Virus record (IMG/VR): IMGVR_UViG_3300032116_000094
Location: 1 to 64,000 of that record
DNA from: a virus
Taxonomy: Duplodnaviria > Heunggongvirae > Uroviricota > Caudoviricetes
DNA: 64,000 bases
Reading direction: 5' to 3' (one strand)
Shown here: positions 8,518-16,261 of the stretch, piece by piece
Layout of the letters: every line of letters starts with the position of its first letter
Position numbering within the stretch: position 1 is the stretch's first letter
The notes under the pieces: generated by a model
What the model saw: only the letters and a program-made list of their open reading frames with translations
Databases searched by the model: none
What the model was told of the DNA's origin: nothing
Translations under genes and position numbers: made by a program

Positions 8518-8835
8518 ATGGATAAAGAACAATATTATAATAAAATAAAAAATTGGTTATCTAACAAGCTTGATAAGCTGTACATAATTGAAACCTCTGA
8601 AGGTACTTTATACCTATATAAAAAGAATGATGATTTTCCTCAGCTCCGGATTCATAAAAGTTCAGGCTTAGTTTGTTATTATATTGGATTCGCAAACGAT
8701 CTGCTTAAAAAGGTTCCAATGGGTATTATTGATTTTGAAATAATTCTGGGTGCATATATTGAAGATATTCTTGAAATTAAGGTGACTGTAATTTCCCCCC
8801 TTCCAACGGTGTATGATGTTGATGATAAATTCTAA
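8518..8835 (+). CDS. Array-A paralog unit 25
   Basis: ORF. Divergent body. Tail TVISPLPTVYDVDDKF. Confidence 0.65.
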   Translation: MDKEQYYNKIKNWLSNKLDKLYIIETSEGTLYLYKKNDDFPQLRIHKSSGLVCYYIGFANDLLKKVPMGIIDFEIILGAYIEDILEIKVTVISPLPTVYDVDDKF

Positions 8836-8857
8836 TTAACAGTATAAATATTTAAAT

Positions 8858-9172
8858 ATGGATAAAGAACAATATTATAATAGAATAAAAAAATGGGTTT
8901 ATGGAAAGTTTGATGAACTGGAAGTGATTAAAAGAAAGAAAGGGAGTAACGTGTATCTTCGTTATAAAAATGGCGAATATACTCAGGTTGAAATTGATAA
9001 AAAATTTGGTCATGTTTACTATTATTATGAATTCAGCGAGAAAATTTGTAAACATCTTCGCATTGAAAAGCATGACTTTGAAATACTTTTGAAAAGATGG
9101 GTCGAAGAGACCTTTCAAATGAAGGTGGATAATGTCATAATTTGTGTAGTACGTAGCCGCCCGATAGCTTAA
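8858..9172 (+). CDS. Array-A paralog unit 26
   Basis: ORF. Tail DNVIICVVRSRPIA. Confidence 0.65.
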   Translation: MDKEQYYNRIKKWVYGKFDELEVIKRKKGSNVYLRYKNGEYTQVEIDKKFGHVYYYYEFSEKICKHLRIEKHDFEILLKRWVEETFQMKVDNVIICVVRSRPIA

Positions 9173-9198
9173 TAAAGGTAAACTATAAATCTTTAAAT

Positions 9199-9525
9199 AT
9201 GGATAAAGAGCAATATTATAATAGCATAAAAAAATTGTTATATAAAAAGTTCGACGAGCTAAAATTATATGATAACCCTAATGGGCTTGTAAGTTATTTA
9301 CATTACGATAGAGATGATTACGCTCAGATCCTAATTTTTAAACACACAGGCCGAGTTTTTTATTATCATGGTTTCGCAAAGAAACTTTTTAAGTTTATTC
9401 GACTAGAATATGAAGATTTTGAAATACTCTTGGGTAGATGGGTTGAAGAAAAATTTAAAATACATGTGAAAAGTATCAGACAGACAACAGATGTCCGCAT
9501 ACCTGGTTTTAACTCTAATTTTTAA
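9199..9525 (+). CDS. Array-A paralog unit 27
   Basis: ORF. Tail KSIRQTTDVRIPGFNSNF. Confidence 0.65.
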   Translation: MDKEQYYNSIKKLLYKKFDELKLYDNPNGLVSYLHYDRDDYAQILIFKHTGRVFYYHGFAKKLFKFIRLEYEDFEILLGRWVEEKFKIHVKSIRQTTDVRIPGFNSNF

Positions 9526-9530
9526 ATGGC

Positions 9531-9824
9531 ATGTATAAAGAAAAATATCATAATAGCATAAAAAAATGGGTTTATAGCAAATTTGATGAACTGCACGTAA
9601 TCTCAAACTGTGAAGAAAATTTATATTTCGGTTATAAAAATGATTCTTTTTTTGTTATACGAATTTATAAAGCCACAGGTAATGTTTATTATACACATCG
9701 CTTGAGAGACCTAGTTAGTAAAAAACTTGCCTTAAATATCATTGATTTTGAGATTCTTTTACGTAGATGGATTGAAAGTAAATGTGAAATTAAAATAAAT
9801 AAAATCATTGACCTCCTTTTTTAA
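9531..9824 (+). CDS. Array-A paralog unit 28
   Basis: ORF. MYKEKYH N-term. Short tail NKIIDLLF. Confidence 0.6.
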   Translation: MYKEKYHNSIKKWVYSKFDELHVISNCEENLYFGYKNDSFFVIRIYKATGNVYYTHRLRDLVSKKLALNIIDFEILLRRWIESKCEIKINKIIDLLF

Positions 9825-9870
9825 TTTGTACATATCCCCCCCATTTTAGCTCCCCCAATTTATTTTTAAT

Positions 9871-9904
9871 TATTTGAATTTGTTAATTTTATCCTGTACC
9901 TTTG
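9871..9904 (+). promoter_or_regulatory. Internal Bacteroidetes-type promoter inside array A
   Basis: TTTG at 9873-9876. ~20-nt spacer. TAccTTTG at 9897-9904. ATG at 9914. Preceded by an unusual C-rich tract (9830-9860). Confidence 0.45.
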
Positions 9905-9913
9905 TTCTTTACT

Positions 9914-10219
9914 ATGAACGAAGATAAGCTATATACTATAACTCAAAAATGGTTACAAAGGAAACTTAGTAATCTGGTCGTATCTGAAGATATCGAAAAA
10001 ATATCACTTAAGCGTAAAGGTGATACTGACTCAACTATTGTGATCTATAAAAATCGTAATCTTGTTTGTTATTTAGGAGGATATAGAAATAAACTTACTA
10101 GTATGTTACCAATGAAAATCAGCCTATTTAATTTCTTATTGAAGAATTGGGTTAAAGATAATTATAACATTGAAATAATAGAAGTTTCCTCTAGTGCTAG
10201 CATGTACAATCATGGATAA
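9914..10219 (+). CDS. Array-A paralog, divergent subfamily (no duplicated R2)
   Basis: ORF 9902..10219. Start moved to ATG 9914 (MNEDKLYTI) because a TAccTTTG -7 box lies at 9897-9904. Motif NWVKDNYNIEI. Confidence 0.55.
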   Translation: MNEDKLYTITQKWLQRKLSNLVVSEDIEKISLKRKGDTDSTIVIYKNRNLVCYLGGYRNKLTSMLPMKISLFNFLLKNWVKDNYNIEIIEVSSSASMYNHG

Positions 10220-10553
10220 AGAAAAGCTATATAACATAGCCGGAAAATGGATTAATAATAAGTTCGATACTCTGGTGAAAGAACAAGACAATGAGCCATC
10301 TTGCATTACTCTGTGTTCTTGTCTCAACAATAAGACTATTATTCGAATTTACAAAAGTGATGGTTGTGTATGTTATAACGTAGATTACATGAAAAAAATA
10401 ATTAAGTTATTCCCCATGCAAATCGAAGATTTCGAATTACTGCTAAAAAAATGGGTACAATATAAATTTGATATTAAAGTAACTGAAGTCATAGCTTTTG
10501 ACTTGTTAATAGTTAACCCCCAAGTTAGTTATATGATTTATGCTCAAAGATAA
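10212..10553 (+). CDS. Array-A paralog, divergent subfamily
   Basis: ORF 10194..10553. Family-type start MDKEKLYNIAGKW at 10212. Overlaps previous stop by 8 nt. Confidence 0.55.
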   Translation: MDKEKLYNIAGKWINNKFDTLVKEQDNEPSCITLCSCLNNKTIIRIYKSDGCVCYNVDYMKKIIKLFPMQIEDFELLLKKWVQYKFDIKVTEVIAFDLLIVNPQVSYMIYAQR

Positions 10554-10836
10554 ATTATACCGTGTGGCTCAAAAATGGACCTACAGGAAGTTTAATAACC
10601 TGGGTGTATGGGAATCTGATCATGTTGTAGAACTTCGCCATGACGACGATCCTCGCATTACTATTCACATTTATAAAGAGCTTGAAAGGGTTTTTTATTA
10701 CGAAGATTACATGCAAAGGATCATTAATGTATTCCCCATGCAAATAGAAGACTTCGAATTGCTTTTATGTCAATGGATTGACGAAAAATTTAAAGTTAAA
10801 ATAAATAACATATATAGAATGAGATTCCGGCCATAA
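10540..10836 (+). CDS. Array-A paralog, divergent subfamily
   Basis: ORF. MLKDKLYRVAQKW..QWIDEKFKVKI. Overlaps previous unit by 14 nt. Confidence 0.55.
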   Translation: MLKDKLYRVAQKWTYRKFNNLGVWESDHVVELRHDDDPRITIHIYKELERVFYYEDYMQRIINVFPMQIEDFELLLCQWIDEKFKVKINNIYRMRFRP

Positions 10837-10873
10837 TATGAAGATGTTATATTTATTAAGATAAAAGATTATT

Positions 10874-11179
10874 ATGGATGATAAATTATATCTAGCGGCA
10901 AGAAGGGTTCTTTATAAGAAATTTGATGTGTTGTTCGTGAGAGAAGATGAGGATAAAATAGACCTTAGCCCTTACGACGACGAATATTCTGTAATTAGAA
11001 TATATAAAAAGTTCGGCATTGTTTATTATATGACAGATTTCAAGAAAAAAGTCATTCAAAAATTTCCGGTACCAAACGTTGATTTTGAAATACTTTTAAT
11101 TATGTGGGTCGAACATAAATTCGGAATTAAAGTTAAAAAAGTCAACAGCTACAGTTGGTATTTAAATGCTTTACTTTGA
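10874..11179 (+). CDS. Array-A paralog, divergent subfamily
   Basis: ORF. MDDKLYLAARR..DFEILLIMWVEHKFGIKV. Confidence 0.6.
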   Translation: MDDKLYLAARRVLYKKFDVLFVREDEDKIDLSPYDDEYSVIRIYKKFGIVYYMTDFKKKVIQKFPVPNVDFEILLIMWVEHKFGIKVKKVNSYSWYLNALL

Positions 11180-11221
11180 AGATATATTTCAGGCTATTGA
11201 ATCTTAAAAACATTTGCCAAT

Positions 11222-11521
11222 ATGAGTAAACTAAAATTTTATGTTAAAGCCGGGAGATGGTTTTATAATCAGTTTGAAAAGTTGACAATTGTCACTGAAC
11301 GCAAAGTTTTACATCTTCACACATATATTGATTTTAAATGCGATATTCGAATTTATCTAAATTATGGTGAAGTATTTTACGATGTAAATTATATGCACAA
11401 GTTGTTTAAACTGTTCCCGATATCACAATCCGACTTTGACACTATTTTAGCCAATTGGGTTGAAAATAAATTCAATATAAATGTGCGAATTATCCGGCCA
11501 TTCAATGAATCGGTTTATTAA
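11222..11521 (+). CDS. Array-A paralog, divergent subfamily
   Basis: ORF. ..SDFDTILANWVENKFNINV. Confidence 0.6.
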   Translation: MSKLKFYVKAGRWFYNQFEKLTIVTERKVLHLHTYIDFKCDIRIYLNYGEVFYDVNYMHKLFKLFPISQSDFDTILANWVENKFNINVRIIRPFNESVY

Positions 11522-11530
11522 AATAGTATT

Positions 11531-11830
11531 ATGAGTAAAGAACTATTATATCTTAAAACCAGGAGATGGTTTTACAAGAAATTTGATCAGTTGATTGTGA
11601 CTGTAGATGAAGATAATATAAATCTCAGTAGTAAAGATAATAAATCGAAATTTGTTCGGATTTATATATATGATGATGAGATTTTGGTATATTATTATAT
11701 TAGATTCAAATATCAGTTAACTAAAATAATACCATTAGAAAGATTGGACTTTGAATTTTTCTTGAAAGAATGGATCGAAGATAAATTCGGCCTAAAAATC
11801 GATTATGTATATGAAAGTGATTATAAGTAA
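11531..11830 (+). CDS. Array-A paralog, divergent subfamily
   Basis: ORF. Near-duplicate of 11857..12156. Ends ..WIEDKFGLKIDYVYESDYK. Confidence 0.6.
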   Translation: MSKELLYLKTRRWFYKKFDQLIVTVDEDNINLSSKDNKSKFVRIYIYDDEILVYYYIRFKYQLTKIIPLERLDFEFFLKEWIEDKFGLKIDYVYESDYK

Positions 11831-11856
11831 TATGGCCCAATCAAAGTATATGTTAT

Positions 11857-12156
11857 ATGAGCGAAAATAAGTTATATATTAAAGTCATAAGATGGTTTTA
11901 CATGAAATTTGATCAGTTGATTGTGACCGCAGATGAAAATCGTATAATCCTCAGTAGTAAAGATAATAAATCGAAATTTGTTCGGATTTATATATATGAT
12001 GATGAGATTTTGGTATATTATTATGCCGGATTCAGATATTATTTAACTAAAATAATACCATTAGAAACATCGGATTTTGAATTGTTCTTGGTAAAATGGA
12101 TCGAAGAGAAATTCGGCCTAAAAATCGATGATGTACGTGAAAGTGATTATAACTAA
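11857..12156 (+). CDS. Array-A paralog, divergent subfamily
   Basis: ORF. Near-duplicate of previous unit, including the shared intergenic block tatggcccaatcaaagtatatgttatATG. Confidence 0.6.
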   Translation: MSENKLYIKVIRWFYMKFDQLIVTADENRIILSSKDNKSKFVRIYIYDDEILVYYYAGFRYYLTKIIPLETSDFELFLVKWIEEKFGLKIDDVRESDYN

Positions 12157-12182
12157 TATGGCCCAATCAAAGTATATGTTAT

Positions 12183-12467
12183 ATGAGCGAAAATAAGTTA
12201 TATCTTAAAACCAGGAGATGGTTTTATAACCAATTTGATAAGTTGAAAGAATCTGAGGACACTGAAAAAATAGTGCTTAGGGATAAGCATGAGTTTTCTG
12301 TGGTCCGTATATATAAATCGGAAAAAGAAGCATTTTATTTCGTATTCTTCAGGTATGATCTGGTTAGTGTTATCCCTATTAAAAATGCAGATTTTGAAAT
12401 GTTTCTGAGAGAATGGATCGAAGATAAATTCAAAATAAAACTAACTAAAATGCACGTCAAAATCTAA
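12183..12467 (+). CDS. Array-A paralog, divergent subfamily
   Basis: ORF. ..DFEMFLREWIEDKFKIKL. Confidence 0.6.
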   Translation: MSENKLYLKTRRWFYNQFDKLKESEDTEKIVLRDKHEFSVVRIYKSEKEAFYFVFFRYDLVSVIPIKNADFEMFLREWIEDKFKIKLTKMHVKI

Positions 12468-12480
12468 GAAACACAGGATC

Positions 12481-12780
12481 ATGAAGAATGAAAAATCATA
12501 TATTAAAATCAGGAAATGGTTTTATCACAAGTTTGATATGCTGACGTTTTATACTACCAATGAAAAAATAAATCTTTTTGATATAGAAGAAGATTCTGTT
12601 ATACGAGTATATTTGATAAACAATGAAGGTGAAATCTTTTATTATGAAGATTTTATGCTTGATCTAGTTAAAATTATACCAATAAGTATCAACGACTTCG
12701 AACTGTTTTTAACATCCTGGATCGAAGATAAATTTAAAATAAAAGTAATTAAGATACACGCAAGTTCAATATCACAATAG
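12481..12780 (+). CDS. Array-A paralog, divergent subfamily
   Basis: ORF. ..DFELFLTSWIEDKFKIKV. Confidence 0.6.
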   Translation: MKNEKSYIKIRKWFYHKFDMLTFYTTNEKINLFDIEEDSVIRVYLINNEGEIFYYEDFMLDLVKIIPISINDFELFLTSWIEDKFKIKVIKIHASSISQ

Positions 12781-12819
12781 TCAAAAAATTTTTAAAATTA
12801 AACTAACAAATTAATTATT

Positions 12820-13125
12820 ATGGACAACCATAAATCATATCGTAGAACCATGAACTGGTTCTATTCCAGGTTTGACAAGCTGATTGTCATTGAAAACAAA
12901 AATAATATAGAGCTTTACAATAAAGATGATCGTGCCTCTATCGTCCGCATTCACTGGACCGGTGTTGTGTATTACTATAAAAGATTCAGAGATGATCTTA
13001 CTAAGATAGTCCCAGTATCAAAAGAAGACTTTGAAATGATTTTTAGTTCCTGGATTGAGAATAAATTTGAAATTCATATAAATACTATTAAAGAGGTTAC
13101 ATATAAACTTCATACACCAAAGTAA
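12820..13125 (+). CDS. Array-A paralog, divergent subfamily (last unit)
   Basis: ORF. ..DFEMIFSSWIENKFEIHI. Confidence 0.6.
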   Translation: MDNHKSYRRTMNWFYSRFDKLIVIENKNNIELYNKDDRASIVRIHWTGVVYYYKRFRDDLTKIVPVSKEDFEMIFSSWIENKFEIHINTIKEVTYKLHTPK

Positions 13126-13135
13126 TTATACTATT

Positions 13136-13187
13136 AGTATGAATAAAAAAAACGATTACCAGGTATTACCCTAGTAATCGTCATACT
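13136..13187. terminator. Long imperfect palindrome at the distal end of array A (candidate bidirectional terminator or recombination site)
   Basis: AGTATGA-A9-CGATTAC - loop 14 nt - GTAATCG-TCATACT. Two 7-bp stems. Lies between the convergent array end and the minus-strand gene 13206..13412. Confidence 0.35.
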
Positions 13188-13205
13188 ATGTTTATATAAT
13201 ATATT

Positions 13206-13412
13206 TTATGGTAAGCCAGACGCTGTGTAGATCTGATTTTGTAGTTCTGTCAATTTTCTTTGGCTTTCAATTGCAGTCATAAAACTCTCCGGAGTCAATT
13301 CATCGAGAGAGTTAATATTGAATTTCTGCGTTTTTATAGTAAAAACTTCATATCCGCTATTTGTTTTGGAGATAGTAATACCGTCTTCAATAAATTCTTT
13401 TAGTTCTTTCAT
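13206..13412 (-). CDS. Hypothetical small protein (68 aa)
   Basis: ORF 13206..13463 trimmed to the internal ATG (MKELKEF) so that it does not overlap the tRNA at 13433-13563. Confidence 0.4.
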   Translation of the reverse strand: MKELKEFIEDGITISKTNSGYEVFTIKTQKFNINSLDELTPESFMTAIESQRKLTELQNQIYTASGLP

Positions 13413-13432
13413 AAGAATAAGTTTTAAGTAAT

Positions 13433-13563
13433 CAGTCAGGGCAGGACTCGAACCTGCAACCATGTATGTGTAGCTCTACAAGCTGACCCGGTTTTCATCC
13501 ATCATAGAGCTACTACTCTTTTTCGGATTTAGACCGGGGCGTTACCAATTCCGCCACCTGACT
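13433..13563 (-). tRNA. Class-II tRNA (Ser-TGA-like) with ~33-nt insertion in the anticodon loop, plus an oversized variable region
   Basis: Minus strand AGTCAGG-TG-GCGGAATTGGTAACGCC-CCGGT-CT[AAATCC..GATGGA]TGAAA-ACCGG ... GCAGGTTCGAGTCCTGC-CCTGACT-G. The 7-bp acceptor pairs. The T-arm is GGTTCGAGTCC. Anticodon stem CCGGT/ACCGG is as in bacterial tRNA-Ser. No CCA encoded. Confidence 0.45.
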
Positions 13564-13618
13564 AAAATGGATTACAAAAATAAAGTTACTACTATTATAT
13601 CAAATAGTCAAATGTTTT

Positions 13619-14086
13619 TTATCGCTGAGTAAAAAAGTCTTTCAGGTCGACGGATTCTTGCTTCTCTGTACGAATAATGGCCACATCATAATTTTGTCCG
13701 TCAATAGCAAAAGTAATTACTTCTGTAGCGATATTGGCCAACGGTGATGTTTCAATGTCGCTATCTCTAGGAATCATTAGAACCGTAGTATTGTCCATAA
13801 CTTCGTCATCAGAATTAAGATATATAATCCTTCCTCCGCATGACGTGGGCGTCATAAGACCATCCATAACATGCATCCACATCGGCATACCTTTTATATG
13901 CTTATCATTATACATGTATGTGCGTTCCATTCTCCAGGGAAACATAAAAATATCTGGATCATCAGGAGTCTCATATAGATAGCTTGCATGAAGCATTACG
14001 TTAGAGTCACCAATTCTGATAATGTATTCATCATAATTGGTTTTTACTTTTTTGTTAGGTTCAAGGTCTGTGTATCTGGCAATCAT
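13619..14086 (-). CDS. Family-5 paralog (C-terminal-domain-only version)
   Basis: ORF. RYTDLEPN..TSCGG shared with 14875..15711 (RYTDLTPN..LKCGG) and 17240..17971. Confidence 0.5.
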   Translation of the reverse strand: MIARYTDLEPNKKVKTNYDEYIIRIGDSNVMLHASYLYETPDDPDIFMFPWRMERTYMYNDKHIKGMPMWMHVMDGLMTPTSCGGRIIYLNSDDEVMDNTTVLMIPRDSDIETSPLANIATEVITFAIDGQNYDVAIIRTEKQESVDLKDFFTQR

Positions 14087-14092
14087 TTTATT

Positions 14093-14854
14093 TTATGTTA
14101 AAATGGTGAAATCAAGATTTGAATTAGACAATATTGAAAATGTTGACACATTGGATCTTGTACATATTAATTTTCTTGTTTGTGATAAGGCAAAAACACT
14201 GAAAACAAGTTCTTTAATATGTTCTTCTATCAAGATTTGTGGGTTCTTTTTGCTAAAGAAAACCATAGAGTCTTCTGATGCTGTCCTATCGAAAAACAAA
14301 AGTTTTTCACCATATCGTTGTTTAAATTTGAAATACTCATTTTTAGAATCGGTTGCCAAAAATATATGATCAAACTCTTCCGCTTCAATAGCCTCAAATA
14401 TTTTATTAATATGAACTATAGGATGATGTAAAGTAATATCTGTCGTTCGGTAATGAACACCAATTGTTTTGCTTAAATCATAATTAATAAAACGATTATA
14501 CAATAATTTTTTAATATCACCATTTATTATATAATGCTTCGCTATTATCTGCTCTGTTTTTAATCTTAAATCATTGTCAAAATATGTTTGATATGTGTTG
14601 ATACCTGGCTGATAATACTCGATGTTCTCATACTTGTTATTTTTGTAGTCATCATGATCTTGTTTCTCAAACGCTACATCAAACATATTCCCCGAACCGT
14701 ACCCTGGCATATCCCACAAATCAAAATATAGTATTAAGTCTGAATTATAACCTTTATGATCATAATAAGTTACTAAGTTACCAACAGCTTCAGTTAAATA
14801 TGAGAAATAACCTCTGCGTGTCTCTTTTGCTCTAGCTGGTTTATAAAAACGCAT
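14093..14854 (-). CDS. Putative glycosyltransferase (fucosyltransferase-like)
   Basis: ORF 253 aa. VGVHYRTTD (HxRxxD) and FLATDS motifs resemble motifs I/II of GT11/GT23 fucosyltransferases. Weak. Confidence 0.35.
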   Translation of the reverse strand: MRFYKPARAKETRRGYFSYLTEAVGNLVTYYDHKGYNSDLILYFDLWDMPGYGSGNMFDVAFEKQDHDDYKNNKYENIEYYQPGINTYQTYFDNDLRLKTEQIIAKHYIINGDIKKLLYNRFINYDLSKTIGVHYRTTDITLHHPIVHINKIFEAIEAEEFDHIFLATDSKNEYFKFKQRYGEKLLFFDRTASEDSMVFFSKKNPQILIEEHIKELVFSVFALSQTRKLICTRSNVSTFSILSNSNLDFTILT

Positions 14855-14874
14855 TTTCTTATTTTTTTTATTTT

Positions 14875-15711
14875 TTATTCGAAAAGCTGATTAAGCTCAA
14901 TCGACGTTTTATCTTCAGGAGATACTATGCAACATTCATAAGTCGCACTTCCTAAGTTAAATAGTTTAACATTATGTGACAAGCTTTGAAGAACCATAGG
15001 TGTTTTGTCATTTTTGGGATAATAATTATGTGCAACATATAATGTATGTTGCGTCACATGTTGATTTAGATCTGTTATATCGAACAGAATGCCACCACAT
15101 TTAAGGTTTGTTAATGTACCAGTCAATGTATACATATGAATAGGCATTTCGTCCCTATAATACTTACTACCAACGTGTGTTGATGTTCTTACAACAGTAT
15201 ATGGTAGTCTTTTAATATCTAATTCAAACTCTGGCCCAATTAACTGTTTAGGGTATAACTTAATAACAATATTAGTGGTACCCAACCTAATAACAATAGC
15301 GTCATTTGCTGCTTTAACAAGTGTATTTGGCGTTAAATCCGTATACCGCATTTTTTTTGGCTCAGTAATTTCTGCCGGATTAACTTCAATGAATGTTAAA
15401 TTACTAACATCAACAGAAAACGATCTACCACCTGGGAATACAAGCTTAAACTCCATATCACGGATATGTTCTACACATAACGCAACATCGTGGCGTGTAA
15501 CACCATCAATAATTCCATTTATATGATAGTGCTTACCAACCTCAGGCATCTTAAGTTCAGAATATGTAAGGCTGGATAGTGGAACAAAGTAATGCATCCC
15601 CATTTGATATAAACTAACATGGGTCCTATAAACAGCTAAGCAATGAACTCTAAGCCCGGTCAAAGCTCCGCCGGTATCTGTTTTTATAAGATAAAATTTT
15701 CCTGCTTCCAT
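14875..15711 (-). CDS. Family-5 paralog (278 aa)
   Basis: ORF. TAtcTTTG box at 15718-15725 immediately upstream. Paralogous to 17240..17971 and 13619..14086. Confidence 0.6.
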   Translation of the reverse strand: MEAGKFYLIKTDTGGALTGLRVHCLAVYRTHVSLYQMGMHYFVPLSSLTYSELKMPEVGKHYHINGIIDGVTRHDVALCVEHIRDMEFKLVFPGGRSFSVDVSNLTFIEVNPAEITEPKKMRYTDLTPNTLVKAANDAIVIRLGTTNIVIKLYPKQLIGPEFELDIKRLPYTVVRTSTHVGSKYYRDEMPIHMYTLTGTLTNLKCGGILFDITDLNQHVTQHTLYVAHNYYPKNDKTPMVLQSLSHNVKLFNLGSATYECCIVSPEDKTSIELNQLFE

Positions 15712-15791
15712 GCAACAAAGATAAGACTATTATATGAAATTATAAAAAGTTTTTTTTTAAATTCTAGATATTTATTGTTAAAATAATAGTT

Positions 15792-16202
15792 ATGAAAAGA
15801 ACTATAAGGTTGACTGAAGATGATTTAACCAGGATTGTTAAAAAAGTAATTAATGAACAAAAAAACTTAGACGAGGCTTTTATTCGTAGTATATTCACTT
15901 CAGAAAATGATGAAATGTTAGAAAATATCTTTAAAATTATCAAAGATAATTTTAATCTAGATGATTTATCTCTATATCCTAATGGATATATGTATGAATA
16001 CAGAATTTTTGGAGGTTCTGCTGGAGTTTTAAGGGTGGTGAATGCTTGGTTATCTTTACCCCCAGACAGTAACATGATTGTATTATTAGATGGTAAGGAG
16101 ATTCGTTGCTCGTATATAATGGCCAGAAAAATATGGAATTTCTTTAAATCAAAATCAATTATTAAACCTATTAATAAGCCCAAAAGGATCGTAAAAAAAT
16201 GA
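15792..16202 (+). CDS. RLTEDDL N-module protein (136 aa)
   Basis: ORF. N-term MKRTIRLTEDDLTRIVKKVINEQKNLDEAF shared with 16262, 16752, 27016. Confidence 0.65.
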   Translation: MKRTIRLTEDDLTRIVKKVINEQKNLDEAFIRSIFTSENDEMLENIFKIIKDNFNLDDLSLYPNGYMYEYRIFGGSAGVLRVVNAWLSLPPDSNMIVLLDGKEIRCSYIMARKIWNFFKSKSIIKPINKPKRIVKK

Positions 16203-16230
16203 ACAATCGCCAATGATTGTGTTTTTTTTT
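16203..16230 (+). terminator. Rho-independent terminator
   Basis: ACAATC-gccaat-GATTGT hairpin followed by T9, directly after the stop at 16202. Confidence 0.6.
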
Positions 16231-16261
16231 ATTATAGATATTTATTATTAAAAAAATAATT

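Larger units (their letters stand above)
1..13125 (+). repeat. Tandem array A: >=39 head-to-tail ~300-345-bp gene cassettes (array continues upstream of window)
   Basis: 39 consecutive same-strand ORFs with a shared conserved body (..YY.KIK...YRKFDELEV...G..YL.YKN..YA.I.I.K.SG.VYYY..F.DKI.K.I.LE..DFEILL..WVEDTF.IKV). The start context aaataaaatttagataacATG recurs before units. Confidence 0.9.

Noticed and set aside
1-9172. Calling array A a bona fide CRISPR array
   Set aside because: The repeats are only 24-34 nt but are separated by ~300-nt protein-coding bodies. The repeat itself is coding. No cas genes occur in 64 kb. Only one locus shows back-to-back repeat-spacer-repeat. It is reported as CRISPR-like geometry and not annotated as CRISPR.
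1256-10743. Antisense ORFs inside array A (1256..1522, 1886..2194, 3446..3628, 4114..4437, 5741..6010, 7810..8025, 8852..9118, 9403..9606, 10136..10330, 10555..10743, all minus strand)
   Set aside because: They are shadows of the K/E/Y-rich plus-strand genes. Translations are low-complexity hydrophobic strings (F/I/L-rich), each confined to a single unit, with no conservation pattern of their own.
13433-13563. Interpreting the 131-nt tRNA as two adjacent tRNA genes
   Set aside because: Only one acceptor 5' strand and one T-arm plus acceptor 3' strand are present, and they pair with each other across the whole span.
13734-15526. Plus-strand ORFs 13734..13982, 14037..14369, 15275..15526
   Set aside because: They are nested antisense within longer minus-strand genes that have paralog support (family 5) or motif support.
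15764-16213. 149-aa minus-strand ORF 15764..16213
   Set aside because: It is antisense to 15792..16202, whose product carries the conserved RLTEDDL module shared by three other genes. The minus product is hydrophobic low complexity.
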